64,000 nt of DNA from Betaproteobacteria bacterium TMED22 (GCA_002167745.1 NHCB01000006.1:49402-113401); one strand, 5' to 3'. Counted from the first letter of the stretch, positions 19,887-29,978 are shown. Translations and numbers: made by a program. The notes: generated from the sequence alone by a model not told the origin.

Positions 19887-20948
19887 TTAATTTACGATGA
19901 ACGGCACCGTTAATGACGATTTACCTCCCGGCGGAGCCGGAATCAACTCGTCATCAGCCAGCCGCTTTATTAGTTTTAAATAGTACTTGTCAAGACGTTG
20001 AAAATTACTCTCTTCCGAAACCTCCCAACGCTCTACCCTACCTTCATCATTGAAAAACAGGGTGATCTTAAATTTTTCTCCTCGGTGCTCCTCTCGAAGA
20101 GGTGAACGAGTTCTTCTAATATCCGCTGCAATCAATTGCTGTATCGATGAGTGTATCGCACTACGATACTCCTCAACGGCTTTTTGTTGTGATAAGTCCG
20201 GCTCCTGTGGCTGCGGTAAATTAACTGGCTGCGGTAAATTAACTGGCTGCGGTGGAGGAACTGGCTGCGGTGGAGGAACTGGCTCAATGGGTATTATCGG
20301 AGCTACAACTGGCGAGGCTACCGGCGACGGAACTAACGGCTGAGCCGAATTAACTGGTTGAGGCGGGGTAACTGGTTGAGGCGGGGTAACTGGTTGAGGC
20401 GGAAAAACTGGTTGAGCCGAAATAACAGGCTGGGGCCTTTTTACGGGCGCTAACGGCACCACCGCCTCAACAGGGACTGTCGGTTGTACCGGCAGCTCCA
20501 ATGCTTGGGGAGCCATCGGTTTATTTAATGGCTCACGGAATATGAGGTTTTTTTGGGGGACTCGGGCAATAACTGAGGAGCGATTTTCAGGTACCTCAGG
20601 TGGTGAACTGTCTTCAATCAATGGAGGCGAAGGGATCTCTGGAAGCTCGGGAATCAACTCTGGTAATATTGGTTCAACACTCATTTTTGGCTGAATATTC
20701 TGAGGCACTGGTGAAGGTGTCGCTGGACGCGAAGGGATAATTGGTTCGACTACTTCCTCGGGTGGGGATTTTATCGACTCAATAATTTTCGGGGCAGAAT
20801 CAATCTGAACCGTTAAAATATCGCGTTGATCTTCAATACGCGCCGCAAATTCAGGCACAGTCACTACAACAAGCACATGGAGCAACAGTGAGCCCAAAAG
20901 TCCCCAGAGCATACCGCCATTGTAGCCATTTAAAGTTCCTACAAACAT
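19887..20948 (-). CDS. TonB-like energy-transducer protein with a long Pro-rich periplasmic spacer
   Basis: One N-terminal TM helix containing His (LLLHVLVVV), about 200 aa of Pro-rich repeats (PPQPVT/PQPVN) and a compact C-terminal domain of TonB_C size. The assignment is by architecture only. Confidence 0.5.
   Translation of the reverse strand: MFVGTLNGYNGGMLWGLLGSLLLHVLVVVTVPEFAARIEDQRDILTVQIDSAPKIIESIKSPPEEVVEPIIPSRPATPSPVPQNIQPKMSVEPILPELIPELPEIPSPPLIEDSSPPEVPENRSSVIARVPQKNLIFREPLNKPMAPQALELPVQPTVPVEAVVPLAPVKRPQPVISAQPVFPPQPVTPPQPVTPPQPVNSAQPLVPSPVASPVVAPIIPIEPVPPPQPVPPPQPVNLPQPVNLPQPQEPDLSQQKAVEEYRSAIHSSIQQLIAADIRRTRSPLREEHRGEKFKITLFFNDEGRVERWEVSEESNFQRLDKYYLKLIKRLADDELIPAPPGGKSSLTVPFIVN
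20211..20282. repeat. Tandem 18-bp repeat, 4 units (2+2 subtypes), inside the TonB-like gene
   Basis: CTGCGGTAAATTAACTGG x2 then CTGCGGTGGAGGAACTGG x2. On the coding strand these encode the hexapeptides PVNLPQ x2 and PVPPPQ x2. Confidence 0.9.
20344..20433. repeat. Tandem 18-bp repeat, about 5 units, inside the TonB-like gene
   Basis: Two identical central units GGCGGGGTAACTGGTTGA are flanked by diverged copies. Together they encode QPVTPP-type hexapeptides. Confidence 0.85.
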
Positions 20949-21213
20949 ATACCTATCAAACGTCCCAATTACTTCTCACTTTAATCCCAATCCGCACGAC
21001 TTTACAGGTTTAAACTAATGATAATCATGAGAAGGATTTGCTGAATTTTCTGCAGAGCATCTCTAGCAACCGCGTCACAATCTTGTTGTCATGGGACTTA
21101 AGTAACAAAAAAGCTCACTCTGTGAGCAATGAAACTGTAGCGACATGACGGCTGGTACGCAACTGATAAGGTTGCCGATCGGTCTAGTTTAATTTTTTTT
21201 GGAGGTATTTAAC

Positions 21214-21285
21214 ATGTGGACAAAGCCTGAGTATACCGAAATGCGTTTCGGTTTCGAAGTCACCATGTACATCGCAAACAGATAA
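21214..21285 (+). CDS. pqqA: Pyrroloquinoline quinone precursor peptide PqqA (operon copy)
   Basis: Not in the ORF track (23 aa). GGAGGTATTTAAC-ATG then [23 protein letters not shown], directly upstream of pqqB. Confidence 0.92.
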   Translation: MWTKPEYTEMRFGFEVTMYIANR

Positions 21286-21306
21286 TTTCTGTTTCGAATG
21301 TATGTG

Positions 21307-21337
21307 AAGGAAAGCCCCTTATCCAGGGGCTTTCCTT
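21307..21337 (+). promoter_or_regulatory. Strong stem-loop between pqqA and pqqB (partial terminator or mRNA-stabilising hairpin)
   Basis: AAGGAAAGCCCCT-TATCC-AGGGGCTTTCCTT, a perfect 13-bp stem 22 nt after the pqqA stop. The downstream tract is only weakly T-rich (ATTAACTT). Confidence 0.6.
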
Positions 21338-21377
21338 ATTAACTTAAGAATTAGTACATGTATAAAAGGTAATACTT

Positions 21378-22295
21378 ATGAGAGTAAGAGTTCTCGGTTC
21401 AGCGGCCGGCGGCGGATTTCCACAATGGAACTGTAATTGTCCTAATTGTGACGGCTATCGCAAAGGAACGATTAATGCCACGCGCCGCACTCAGTCTTCG
21501 ATTGCAGTGAGCAGCAACGATGTTGACTGGCTTTTGTTTAATACCTCTCCGGATATTCTTACTCAGATTCAAGAGTTTCCTGAAGCACAACCAGCACGAT
21601 CAATCCGCGATACCGCGTTTAAGTCAATTGTCCTTCTAGACGCCCAAATAGATCATACAACCGGTTTGTTTATGCTCCGAGAATCGAAAACGCCTTTAAA
21701 TATCTACTGCACAGATATGGTTTACGAGGATCTCACCACCGGAAATCCTATTTTCAAAATTCTAGAACATTACTGCGGCGTTAATTGGCATCAGATTCAT
21801 ACAAACGAAGACAATTCATTTCAACCGCAAGGCATTGAAAACATTCGAGTAAAAGCAATCCCACTTTCAAGTAAGGCACCACCTTATTCACCACACAGAC
21901 ACGATCCTCATGAAGGCGACAATCTAGGGATCTTACTTGAAGACATTTCAAATGGAAAAAAGATATTTTACGCACCCGGTCTTGGACAAATAGAGCCTCA
22001 TATTAAGCCTTACATGGAAGCCGCTGATTGCCTTATGGTGGACGGAACCTGTTGGACAAACGATGAGATGAAGTCACTTGGAATCGCAAATAAAATGTCG
22101 CTTGACATGGGCCATCTTCCCCAATCTGGACCAGGAGGAATGATCGAAGTACTAAGACCTCTGCCAGCCCAAAAAAAAATACTCATTCATATCAACAACA
22201 CTAATCCAATTCTGCAAGAGGACTCTGAACAACGCCAAAAACTCACTGAAGAGAAAATTGATGTTGCTTATGACGGAATGGATTTCGTCGTCTAA
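21378..22295 (+). CDS. pqqB: PQQ biosynthesis protein B (MBL-fold)
   Basis: 305 aa. [20 protein letters not shown]…RTQSSIAVS is the hallmark PqqB N-terminus. Confidence 0.95.
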   Translation: MRVRVLGSAAGGGFPQWNCNCPNCDGYRKGTINATRRTQSSIAVSSNDVDWLLFNTSPDILTQIQEFPEAQPARSIRDTAFKSIVLLDAQIDHTTGLFMLRESKTPLNIYCTDMVYEDLTTGNPIFKILEHYCGVNWHQIHTNEDNSFQPQGIENIRVKAIPLSSKAPPYSPHRHDPHEGDNLGILLEDISNGKKIFYAPGLGQIEPHIKPYMEAADCLMVDGTCWTNDEMKSLGIANKMSLDMGHLPQSGPGGMIEVLRPLPAQKKILIHINNTNPILQEDSEQRQKLTEEKIDVAYDGMDFVV

Positions 22296-22327
22296 CTCAT
22301 TATTTAAAGTTTCAAAAGAGGTTTGCT

Positions 22328-23068
22328 GTGAGCACACAAGACAATAGCCCGTGGTCAGTTGAAGAATTCGAACAAAAACTCAGGGCGAAAGACAAGAGTT
22401 ACCATATTCATCACCCCTTCCATATTGCAATGAATGGAGGCGAATGCACGAAAGAACAAGTGCAAGGATGGGTTTTAAACCGCTTCTATTATCAAATAAT
22501 GATCCCCATCAAAGATGGCGCAATTTTGTCAAATATGCCTGACAAGGAGCACCGAAAATTGTGGATTCAACGAATCCTTGATCACGATGGCATTGATGAC
22601 GACGAAGGTGGAATTGAGGCGTGGATTGCACTGGGTGAGGCTGTCGGTTTAAATCGGGAGGAATTGGTTTCTCTAGAACATGTCACACCGGGTGTAAAAT
22701 TTGCAGTTGACGCCTATGTTAACTTCGCTCGAAAGTCTCCATGGCAAAAATCAGTTTGTTCTTCCCTCACCGAATTATTCGCACCAACAATTCACAAAAA
22801 GCGCTTGGATTCGTGGCCTGAGCACTATCCTTGGATAGAGCTTGAGGGCTACAAATATTTTCGGAAGCGACTCTCTGAAGCAAGAAGAGATGTCGAACAC
22901 GGATTACGGGTCACCTTGAGCCACTTTAAAACGCGAGAAGAACAAGAGGAAGCGCTCAGTATCTTACAATTCAAAATCGATGTATTGTGGACGATGCTGG
23001 ACTCGATACATGTCACTTATGGCATAGGTCCTAATCGAGTTGGCGCAATAGAGAGAATGGAAAAATGA
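22328..23068 (+). CDS. pqqC: Pyrroloquinoline-quinone synthase
   Basis: 246 aa with a GTG start. [28 protein letters not shown] is the typical PqqC motif. Confidence 0.95.
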   Translation: MSTQDNSPWSVEEFEQKLRAKDKSYHIHHPFHIAMNGGECTKEQVQGWVLNRFYYQIMIPIKDGAILSNMPDKEHRKLWIQRILDHDGIDDDEGGIEAWIALGEAVGLNREELVSLEHVTPGVKFAVDAYVNFARKSPWQKSVCSSLTELFAPTIHKKRLDSWPEHYPWIELEGYKYFRKRLSEARRDVEHGLRVTLSHFKTREEQEEALSILQFKIDVLWTMLDSIHVTYGIGPNRVGAIERMEK

Positions 23069-23349
23069 GCGACGGCACCTTAGTAAAAGACAAACTTCTA
23101 TCGCTTCAAAAACAATTCAGGTTTCAATGGGAACCTGCGCAGGAATCCTACGTATTATTATATCCGGAAGGATTGATCAAACTTCCTGGTAGTTCTGGAG
23201 AGATCATGAAACTAATTGATGGATCGAAGAGCGTTGATATGATTGTCGCTCATTTAGAGGAACAATTCCCAGGGGTTGACCTCAAGGACGACGTTTTAGA
23301 CTTTTTGGAGCACGCATATGGAAAAAATTGGATCCTTACCGATGATTAA
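23065..23349 (+). CDS. pqqD: PQQ biosynthesis peptide chaperone PqqD
   Basis: 94 aa with [19 protein letters not shown]. It overlaps the pqqC stop by 4 nt. Confidence 0.9.
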   Translation: MSDGTLVKDKLLSLQKQFRFQWEPAQESYVLLYPEGLIKLPGSSGEIMKLIDGSKSVDMIVAHLEEQFPGVDLKDDVLDFLEHAYGKNWILTDD

Positions 23350-24475
23350 ACCCAAAGGACCTTTATGGGTTAACGCGGAAATCACATATAAGTGTCCGCT
23401 TCACTGCGTCTTTTGCTATAACCCGCTTGACTACGCATCCACGTTTAAATCTGAACTATCAACCGAAGACTGGTTAAAGGTATTTAAACAATCCCGTGAT
23501 TTAGGCTCAGTCCAATTGGGGATATCTGGTGGAGAGCCACTCATGCGGGACGATGTAGAAATTATGGTCTCTGAAGCAAGTCAGATGGGCTACTACGTCA
23601 ATTTATTAACCTCAGGAATTGGACTCACAGAGAAGCGGATTTCAGCTTTCAAAGAGGGAGGGCTTGGTCAAATTCAATTATCCTTTCAAGATTCCACAAA
23701 AGAACTCAATGATTTTTTATCAAGTACCAAAACGTTTGAATTAAAATCCAAAGTCGCAAAGCTGATTAAAGAGCATGATTACCCTATGGTGCTCAATGTT
23801 GTTTTGCATCGTTTGAATATCGACCACATCGATCAAATTTTGGAAATGGCCGAGGCTATGGGAGCAGATCATGTCGAGCTAGCAAATAGTCAATATTACG
23901 CCTGGGCACTGAAAAACAGAGCTTATCTTATGCCAAGTGAAGAACAGTTACGGAAGGCTGAGGAAACAACTAATCGCTTTCGCGAAAAAATCGGCAATAA
24001 AATGAAATTATACTTCATTGTTCCAGATTACTACGCGAACAGGCCAAAAGCTTGTATGAATGGTTGGGGCTCTGTGTTCTTAAATGTTGCGCCAGATGGT
24101 CTAGCGCTACCCTGCCATGAAGCACGAATGTTACCTGGCTTAACCTTTCCAAACGTCAGAGACCATGATATGGAGTGGATATGGAATGAATCTCCAGCAT
24201 TTAACGCCTACAGAGGCGACTCTTGGATGAAAGAACCGTGTCGTAGTTGTGATGAACGAGCTACAGACTTTGGTGGCTGTCGATGTCAAGCCTTTCAGTT
24301 GACAGGTGATGCGGCAAACACTGACCCGGTTTGCGACAAATCAGAGCACCACCATATAATCACTGAACAAATAGAGCTTGCACAGAAACCTCAGCCACCA
24401 GCGGCGGATATTAAACCAATTATTTTTTATCGAGACGATAAAAACTCCAAGGCGTTGATTGAAGAAAACACCTAA
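23318..24475 (+). CDS. pqqE: PqqA peptide cyclase, radical SAM/SPASM enzyme PqqE
   Basis: CPLHCVFC (CX3CX2C), GGEPL and C-terminal SPASM cysteines (CRSC…CRC…C). An alternative start is the ATG at 23342, which would give an 8-nt overlap with pqqD. Confidence 0.93.
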   Translation: MEKIGSLPMIKPKGPLWVNAEITYKCPLHCVFCYNPLDYASTFKSELSTEDWLKVFKQSRDLGSVQLGISGGEPLMRDDVEIMVSEASQMGYYVNLLTSGIGLTEKRISAFKEGGLGQIQLSFQDSTKELNDFLSSTKTFELKSKVAKLIKEHDYPMVLNVVLHRLNIDHIDQILEMAEAMGADHVELANSQYYAWALKNRAYLMPSEEQLRKAEETTNRFREKIGNKMKLYFIVPDYYANRPKACMNGWGSVFLNVAPDGLALPCHEARMLPGLTFPNVRDHDMEWIWNESPAFNAYRGDSWMKEPCRSCDERATDFGGCRCQAFQLTGDAANTDPVCDKSEHHHIITEQIELAQKPQPPAADIKPIIFYRDDKNSKALIEENT

Positions 24476-24532
24476 ATCGCAGCGTAAGTAAATACGTTAC
24501 GTTGCAAGAAATGTCGGCCTAAAACCTATCGA

Positions 24533-25447
24533 ATGATCCTTGCAAAAAACATAACAAAAAAGTACGGTGACCAAACAGCTGTTGATGAATTGAGTCTAGA
24601 CATCCCACAAGGGCAATTTTTTGGGCTCTTAGGTCCGAATGGATCAGGAAAAACAACTTCAATTCATATGCTATCGACATTGATTCAACCCACCAGCGGT
24701 TCAGTCTATGTCGATGGAATAGATGTACAAAAAAGTCCACGAACAGTTCGGAAAAACATCGGTCTTGTATTTCAAGAATCGGCGCTAGATCGAACGTTAT
24801 CCATCGAAGAAAACTTATATTTCTGTGCAGGCCTACATAATCTTAGCAGGCAAGTAGTCAGCACAAGAGTGGATACATTATTAGAACTTTTTGAACTTCA
24901 ATCTAAAAAAAATAATGCTGTTGGCAGCCTCTCAGGCGGTATGCGTAGAGCGGTTGACATTATACGTGGTGTACTCCATGAGCCCAAAGTACTATTTTTA
25001 GATGAACCTACTGTCGGTTTAGATCTCCCCAGTCGGCGCAGAATTTGGCGTTTCATTAAACAACTTATTGATGAACAACAGCTAACAGTTGTTCTTACGA
25101 CACACTACCTTGAGGAGGCGGCGCCTTGCGATAACGTTGCTTTTATAAAGGAAGGAGAGCTTGTTTCGGAGGGGGCTCCAGAAAGGCTAATTGAACAGCT
25201 TGGGAAAATAATCATCGAGATCAACGGGTCAAATGTCAACGAATTCGTCAGACAGCTTGAGCTCAAGAAACACGAATATATGATTGAGGGAGATTCGCTA
25301 CTAATTCGGATTAGAGATTCTGAGACAGAAAAAGTAGAGTTGATACAGAATGTCCTGCGTAACCAAGCAGAAATAATAAGCGTACGAAAAGCTAATTTAA
25401 ATGATGTCTTTCTTTGGATATCAAGTAACGATCACGGGTTAAAATGA
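24533..25447 (+). CDS. ABC transporter ATP-binding protein (DrrA/NodI-like, ABC-2 type partner)
   Basis: Walker A GPNGSGKTT, signature LSGGMRR, Walker B LFLDEPT, plus a C-terminal extension. It starts 57 nt after the pqqE stop. Confidence 0.9.
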   Translation: MILAKNITKKYGDQTAVDELSLDIPQGQFFGLLGPNGSGKTTSIHMLSTLIQPTSGSVYVDGIDVQKSPRTVRKNIGLVFQESALDRTLSIEENLYFCAGLHNLSRQVVSTRVDTLLELFELQSKKNNAVGSLSGGMRRAVDIIRGVLHEPKVLFLDEPTVGLDLPSRRRIWRFIKQLIDEQQLTVVLTTHYLEEAAPCDNVAFIKEGELVSEGAPERLIEQLGKIIIEINGSNVNEFVRQLELKKHEYMIEGDSLLIRIRDSETEKVELIQNVLRNQAEIISVRKANLNDVFLWISSNDHGLK

Positions 25448-26244
25448 TGTTCATAGCATTGAAAGTAGTACTTGACCGAGAACTCAAAAAAACCTTTCGT
25501 CAAAAATCACGGCTACTGGCTTCAATGGTTAGACCGCTTATTTGGCTATTTGTAATTGGCGGCGGCGTTGGCTCAATCATGCCTGAGGGTAATCAACAAA
25601 ACTATCAAGATTCTATTGTTCCCGGGATTTTGGGAATGACTCTTTTGTTTGGTTCAATGCTGTCTGCTTTAACAACTGTATACGACAAAGAATCGGGCGT
25701 TATGAGAATGCTCATCATCTCACCGATGCCAAGCTTTGCGGTGATTCTCAGCAAACTCGCTTCATCCACGTTAGCAGGACTTGTACAAATAGCCATGCTT
25801 TGTGTATTACTTTTTGCCTTGCAAAAATTGCACTTTAATCAAATAAATTGGATTCTGTTTATATTTGGGCTTGGCCTGACTGCTATCGCGTGTTCAGCAC
25901 TAGGACTCATCACCGCAGTCGTTTCAAAATCACTTGATAACTTTGCCGCAATAATGAATTTTGTCATCTTTCCGGTTTTCTTCCTCAGTGGTGCGTTATA
26001 CCCTGTTGATAATTTGCCTGCGGTCCTTCACTGGATCGCAGTTGCCAATCCATTTACTTATGGAGTAGATCTCATAAAACACTCGATCGAAAGCACACAA
26101 ACTCAAACAGACTTCCCTCTACACGTAAATACTTTAGTTTTGACCACTTTTTCAATAGGAGCTATCGGGTTCGCTAGCTGGAAATTCACTCAAGAGTCCA
26201 CATTAGCAACTCTTATTAACAAGCTAACGAGTGGAAAAAGATAA
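25444..26244 (+). CDS. ABC-2 type transporter permease
   Basis: 266 aa with six hydrophobic segments. Its start overlaps the ATPase stop (ATGA), which is the typical DrrB/NodJ-like arrangement. Confidence 0.85.
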   Translation: MMFIALKVVLDRELKKTFRQKSRLLASMVRPLIWLFVIGGGVGSIMPEGNQQNYQDSIVPGILGMTLLFGSMLSALTTVYDKESGVMRMLIISPMPSFAVILSKLASSTLAGLVQIAMLCVLLFALQKLHFNQINWILFIFGLGLTAIACSALGLITAVVSKSLDNFAAIMNFVIFPVFFLSGALYPVDNLPAVLHWIAVANPFTYGVDLIKHSIESTQTQTDFPLHVNTLVLTTFSIGAIGFASWKFTQESTLATLINKLTSGKR

Positions 26245-26279
26245 TATAAAATAATTAAAAACGAATAATCGAGAAGCCT

Positions 26280-26759
26280 TTAGTGTTGATGGCCATCCGT
26301 TTGATGGGCGTGGCCATGAGACAACTCTTCTTCCGTTGCAAATCGAACGTCATGAACTTTGCACTTAAACATCAAGCCTAAACCGGCTAGCGGGTGATTA
26401 CCATCCACGACGACCTTTCCATCCGCAACATCTGTAACACGAAAAACTGCTTGCGACTTAGAACTCTCATCATGACCTTCAAATTCCATACCTATCTCAA
26501 CAGTTCCTGGAAATTTTTCCTCAGGCTCTAGATGAACAAGTTTTTCATCATAGTCTCCAAATGCTTCCTCTGGTTCGAGCTTAATATCGACCGTATCACC
26601 AAGCGTCTTTCCGTCAAGCGCCTTCTCAACAGCTTTAAAAATACCCTGGTACCCACCATGAAGGTACGCGATCGGCTCCGAGGTTTTTTCAATTAACTCG
26701 CCATCTAAATCAAATAATTCGTAAACCAAAGAAACCACAGTATTTTTACCAACGTCCAT
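26280..26759 (-). CDS. slyD: FKBP-type peptidyl-prolyl cis-trans isomerase SlyD
   Basis: 159 aa with FKBP and IF-domain layout (VVSLVYELFD…YLHGG…HPLAG) and a His-rich tail HGHAHQTDGHQH. Confidence 0.88.
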   Translation of the reverse strand: MDVGKNTVVSLVYELFDLDGELIEKTSEPIAYLHGGYQGIFKAVEKALDGKTLGDTVDIKLEPEEAFGDYDEKLVHLEPEEKFPGTVEIGMEFEGHDESSKSQAVFRVTDVADGKVVVDGNHPLAGLGLMFKCKVHDVRFATEEELSHGHAHQTDGHQH

Positions 26760-26875
26760 AAAAAACTCCTAAACAAATAAATCTAAGCTAGTAGCATACA
26801 AAATAAACGCTCCTGACACATAATCAACCATTAAGATAAACTTTTTCCGACTTATATCCAGATCACCAGCACTCT

Positions 26876-28009
26876 ATGAATTATCAACAACACCTTGGCG
26901 GACTGACCGCACGCACGTTCTTGAGAGAACATTGGCAAACGACACCATTACTGATTCACAGCGCAATCAATACACGCGACTGGTCCTTAACTTTAAATGA
27001 TTTAATAGAGCTATCCCAGGACAAACGGTGCTCAGCCCGTGTAGTCATAAGAGATGGGGCTCAATATCATGTGAGTTATGGGCCTATTACAAGACGCGCG
27101 TTAACAAAACTACCCAAAAAAAATTGGACCTTATTGGTACAAGGCGTCAATTATGCACATGATGGTGTAGCTAAGCTTCTCGGTCTTTTTTCATTCATTC
27201 CGTTCGCAAGACTTGATGATGTCATGGTCAGTTATGCGTCTCCGGGGGGCACTGTAGGTCCGCATTACGACTCTTACGATGTCTTTCTCCTCCAAGGCGC
27301 TGGAGTCCGTCAGTGGCAGGTAGGCAGGCCCCGCTCTCTGGACTTAATGCCGAACCAAGAAATACGAATACTGAAATCATTTGTACCAGATGGAACCTGT
27401 CAAGTACGCACTGGCGACATGCTCTACATTCCACCGAAATTTAGTCATCACGGCGTAGCTATCGAGCCATGCCTTACTTATTCAATAGGATTTCATTCAC
27501 CAAGTTACGATCATATAAAAAGCGAGTTTCTTCATTATCTGGATCAAGAAATCGAATTACCCGGGTTGTTTACAGACCCCAAACGGAGAGAAACGACAAC
27601 ACCAGGACTAATCCCTAGTGACCTTCTTCAATCAATTGAACAAAAAATCTCAAAAATTAGTTGGTCCCCTATGGACATATTGAAATTTACGGGTGAATTT
27701 CTAACGCAAGTCAACAACAATAACCTTGTTAACGTAAAAAAAATGGAATCAAAGACTAGATTCCTGTCCCAATTAAAAAATCGTTCGTATCAAATCAATG
27801 CCAATATAAAATTTCTATACCGAGAAGGCCTCGGATTCATAGCTGGTGAGGCATTTCCCATTCCGAGATCCGAACAGGCGATGTTCAAGTCATTTGCTAA
27901 TCTTAGGGAAATTGAGGGTAAAAACATTAAATCGACTTCTTTTTTTGCGCAGACACTATTCAAATGGGAAGTACTGGGGTATGTAAAGAAAATCACAAAG
28001 CGAAACTAA
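26876..28009 (+). CDS. JmjC/cupin-4 domain protein, ribosomal protein uL16 Arg-hydroxylase-like (RoxA/YcfD family)
   Basis: 377 aa with a HxD…H facial triad context (GPHYDSYDVFLLQGAG…SHHG) and FLREHWQTTPLL at the N-terminus. Confidence 0.75.
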   Translation: MNYQQHLGGLTARTFLREHWQTTPLLIHSAINTRDWSLTLNDLIELSQDKRCSARVVIRDGAQYHVSYGPITRRALTKLPKKNWTLLVQGVNYAHDGVAKLLGLFSFIPFARLDDVMVSYASPGGTVGPHYDSYDVFLLQGAGVRQWQVGRPRSLDLMPNQEIRILKSFVPDGTCQVRTGDMLYIPPKFSHHGVAIEPCLTYSIGFHSPSYDHIKSEFLHYLDQEIELPGLFTDPKRRETTTPGLIPSDLLQSIEQKISKISWSPMDILKFTGEFLTQVNNNNLVNVKKMESKTRFLSQLKNRSYQINANIKFLYREGLGFIAGEAFPIPRSEQAMFKSFANLREIEGKNIKSTSFFAQTLFKWEVLGYVKKITKRN

Positions 28010-28785
28010 TTTGGTAAGCCTAGCGCTCGCCAGTCCACACCCAAGTCTTGCGTCGCAATATCGACGCGCTCTTCATTCCACCCTAAGGATCGAGCAATCA
28101 TTGCGCGCACCAAATCAGGATCATTATTTTCTTTCGACAAATGAGCTGCGACCACATATTGAAGATTAGGCCCCTTAATGCACTCTAACAAGTCAATTGC
28201 TTGAGTATTATTGATATGTCCAAATCCTCCGGCAATTCTTTGTTTTAGTGCCTGAGGATACCTTGAGCGACTCAGCATATCCTTATCGTGATTGAACTCG
28301 ATAAATAATGCAGAACAACCCTTCAATTGCCCTATCATGTGAGGTGTAACCGAACCACAGTCGGTCAAAACTCCCAACTTATTATCACCGCATAAAATCG
28401 CAAATTGACTGGGCTCTCGCGCATCGTGAGGAACGGGGTAAGGTTCAACTATTAAGTCTTTAATTCGGAAAGCGGCATATCCTTGGATAAGCTCGACGCT
28501 CAACTGTCCCTCCAAAGAAGGACTCGCTAAAAGGGTACCTTGCGTACAGTAAACAGGTATTGAGTATTTATGTGAGAATCCGGCGACACCCCCGACATGA
28601 TCTCCGTGTTCATGGGTGACGAGAATCGAATCAATCGTAACGGGATCAATATGAAGTCGCTCCAAGCGACGTTCAGTCTCTTTTATGGAGAATCCACAAT
28701 CAAGGAGAATTTTCGCTTCATCAGATACAACGACCAAGCCATTCCCCTGGCTACCACTGCCAAGGGAAGCGAATTTAAGAGTCAT
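28006..28785 (-). CDS. Cytoplasmic MBL-fold metallo-hydrolase
   Basis: 259 aa with THEHGDH (HxHxDH) and no signal peptide. Confidence 0.8.
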   Translation of the reverse strand: MTLKFASLGSGSQGNGLVVVSDEAKILLDCGFSIKETERRLERLHIDPVTIDSILVTHEHGDHVGGVAGFSHKYSIPVYCTQGTLLASPSLEGQLSVELIQGYAAFRIKDLIVEPYPVPHDAREPSQFAILCGDNKLGVLTDCGSVTPHMIGQLKGCSALFIEFNHDKDMLSRSRYPQALKQRIAGGFGHINNTQAIDLLECIKGPNLQYVVAAHLSKENNDPDLVRAMIARSLGWNEERVDIATQDLGVDWRALGLPN

Positions 28786-28799
28786 TAAATTTTCTATAT

Positions 28800-29978
28800 C
28801 TATCCGAGTTTTTCTTGGAGAACCATCAAAATTCGTTTTGCTGTGTCCGCCCGAACCTCTAAACCTGTTTCATCAAAAATCATCACCATACTGCTTTCTG
28901 CATCTCCACTCACTGATATCTGGTAAACGGCTGTCTCGGTGATCTTGTCATCCTTCCAGAATTTAAGACGCTCCAAACCCCTCTTAACCGCTCTGCCATC
29001 TGGATCATGGTAGCGCACAAAATATAGCCCTCCCTTCTCTTCTCGGCTTTCCACCGAGGCACCAATAGAGAGAAGAACAATACCGACTCTATCCCAAACT
29101 TTGGAAACCGAGTCAGAAACTAATAGGGCATGTTTTGCATTAGGCAAATCAACCGCAACGATAGTTGAGATTGGTTCCAATTCATTCGAAATACCGCTTG
29201 CAGCAACTCTCTCTTCTGGCAGCCCAAGGTACAACATTAACTCGTACAACATTTTAGCCTCAACATTAGGATCTCGAGGCAAATCCACCCAAAAAACTTC
29301 TCGGTTAACCGGATTAGAACTGACAACCTGTTTTTTCCCCTCATGACTCATGAAGATTTCAGTTCCACCGTTTTCCACGCGTTCCACGCGTGTCCAAAAT
29401 TTATCTCTCTCCGGAATCGAATAAGCTCCAGGAAGTATCTTTTTAACGAGCGCTTGAAATTGGTTAACGCTTCTTTTTGAAGTATCTTCAGCCCAATCTG
29501 TTTCGATTATTCCAGTAATCGGTGATTGATCGGCGATCAAAAAGCCTTTAGCCATCCAGAACTCCGTAATGACAGGCCATATCTCCTCTACGGGACGATC
29601 CACAACTAGCCAGCGATACGTACCCTCTCTGCCAATATTGATATCAGGTACTTGAGGTAAAAGATTTGTAGTCTTACTTGCAGCGCTCGTTTGATTTTCT
29701 TGGGAATATTTCGAAAAGGTTGCTTCACTCCCTCCCGGAATATCATATCGCTCGCTTTGCTCTATCGAACCTAGCTCCGGCGGTATCGCGAGCGGCTCTG
29801 TTCTTGCGCCAACGCCTGAAGACTTATAATCAACTTTTCTCTTTTCAGAAATCGTATCGCATGCTCCGAGGGCAAATGCTAAAACTAATGTTAGCAAAAG
29901 CCTGTGAAAAAAATGAAAATCCATATCTACATTACTCATCATTTTGTTGAACCGTTTAACGTTAGCTACTTTATTCAA
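28800..29978 (-). CDS. bamC: Outer membrane protein assembly factor BamC (NlpB) lipoprotein
   Basis: Lipobox …LAFALGAC followed by …YKSS…LAIPPEL. It sits immediately downstream of dapA, as in many proteobacteria. The true start may be the internal MDFHFF… methionine. Confidence 0.7.
   Translation of the reverse strand: MNKVANVKRFNKMMSNVDMDFHFFHRLLLTLVLAFALGACDTISEKRKVDYKSSGVGARTEPLAIPPELGSIEQSERYDIPGGSEATFSKYSQENQTSAASKTTNLLPQVPDINIGREGTYRWLVVDRPVEEIWPVITEFWMAKGFLIADQSPITGIIETDWAEDTSKRSVNQFQALVKKILPGAYSIPERDKFWTRVERVENGGTEIFMSHEGKKQVVSSNPVNREVFWVDLPRDPNVEAKMLYELMLYLGLPEERVAASGISNELEPISTIVAVDLPNAKHALLVSDSVSKVWDRVGIVLLSIGASVESREEKGGLYFVRYHDPDGRAVKRGLERLKFWKDDKITETAVYQISVSGDAESSMVMIFDETGLEVRADTAKRILMVLQEKLG

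Noticed and set aside
20050-20343. Gly/Cys-rich 97-aa ORF on the plus strand
   Set aside because: It is the antisense reading of the Pro-rich 18-bp repeats of the TonB-like gene (CCN Pro codons read as GGN). It is a repeat artefact.
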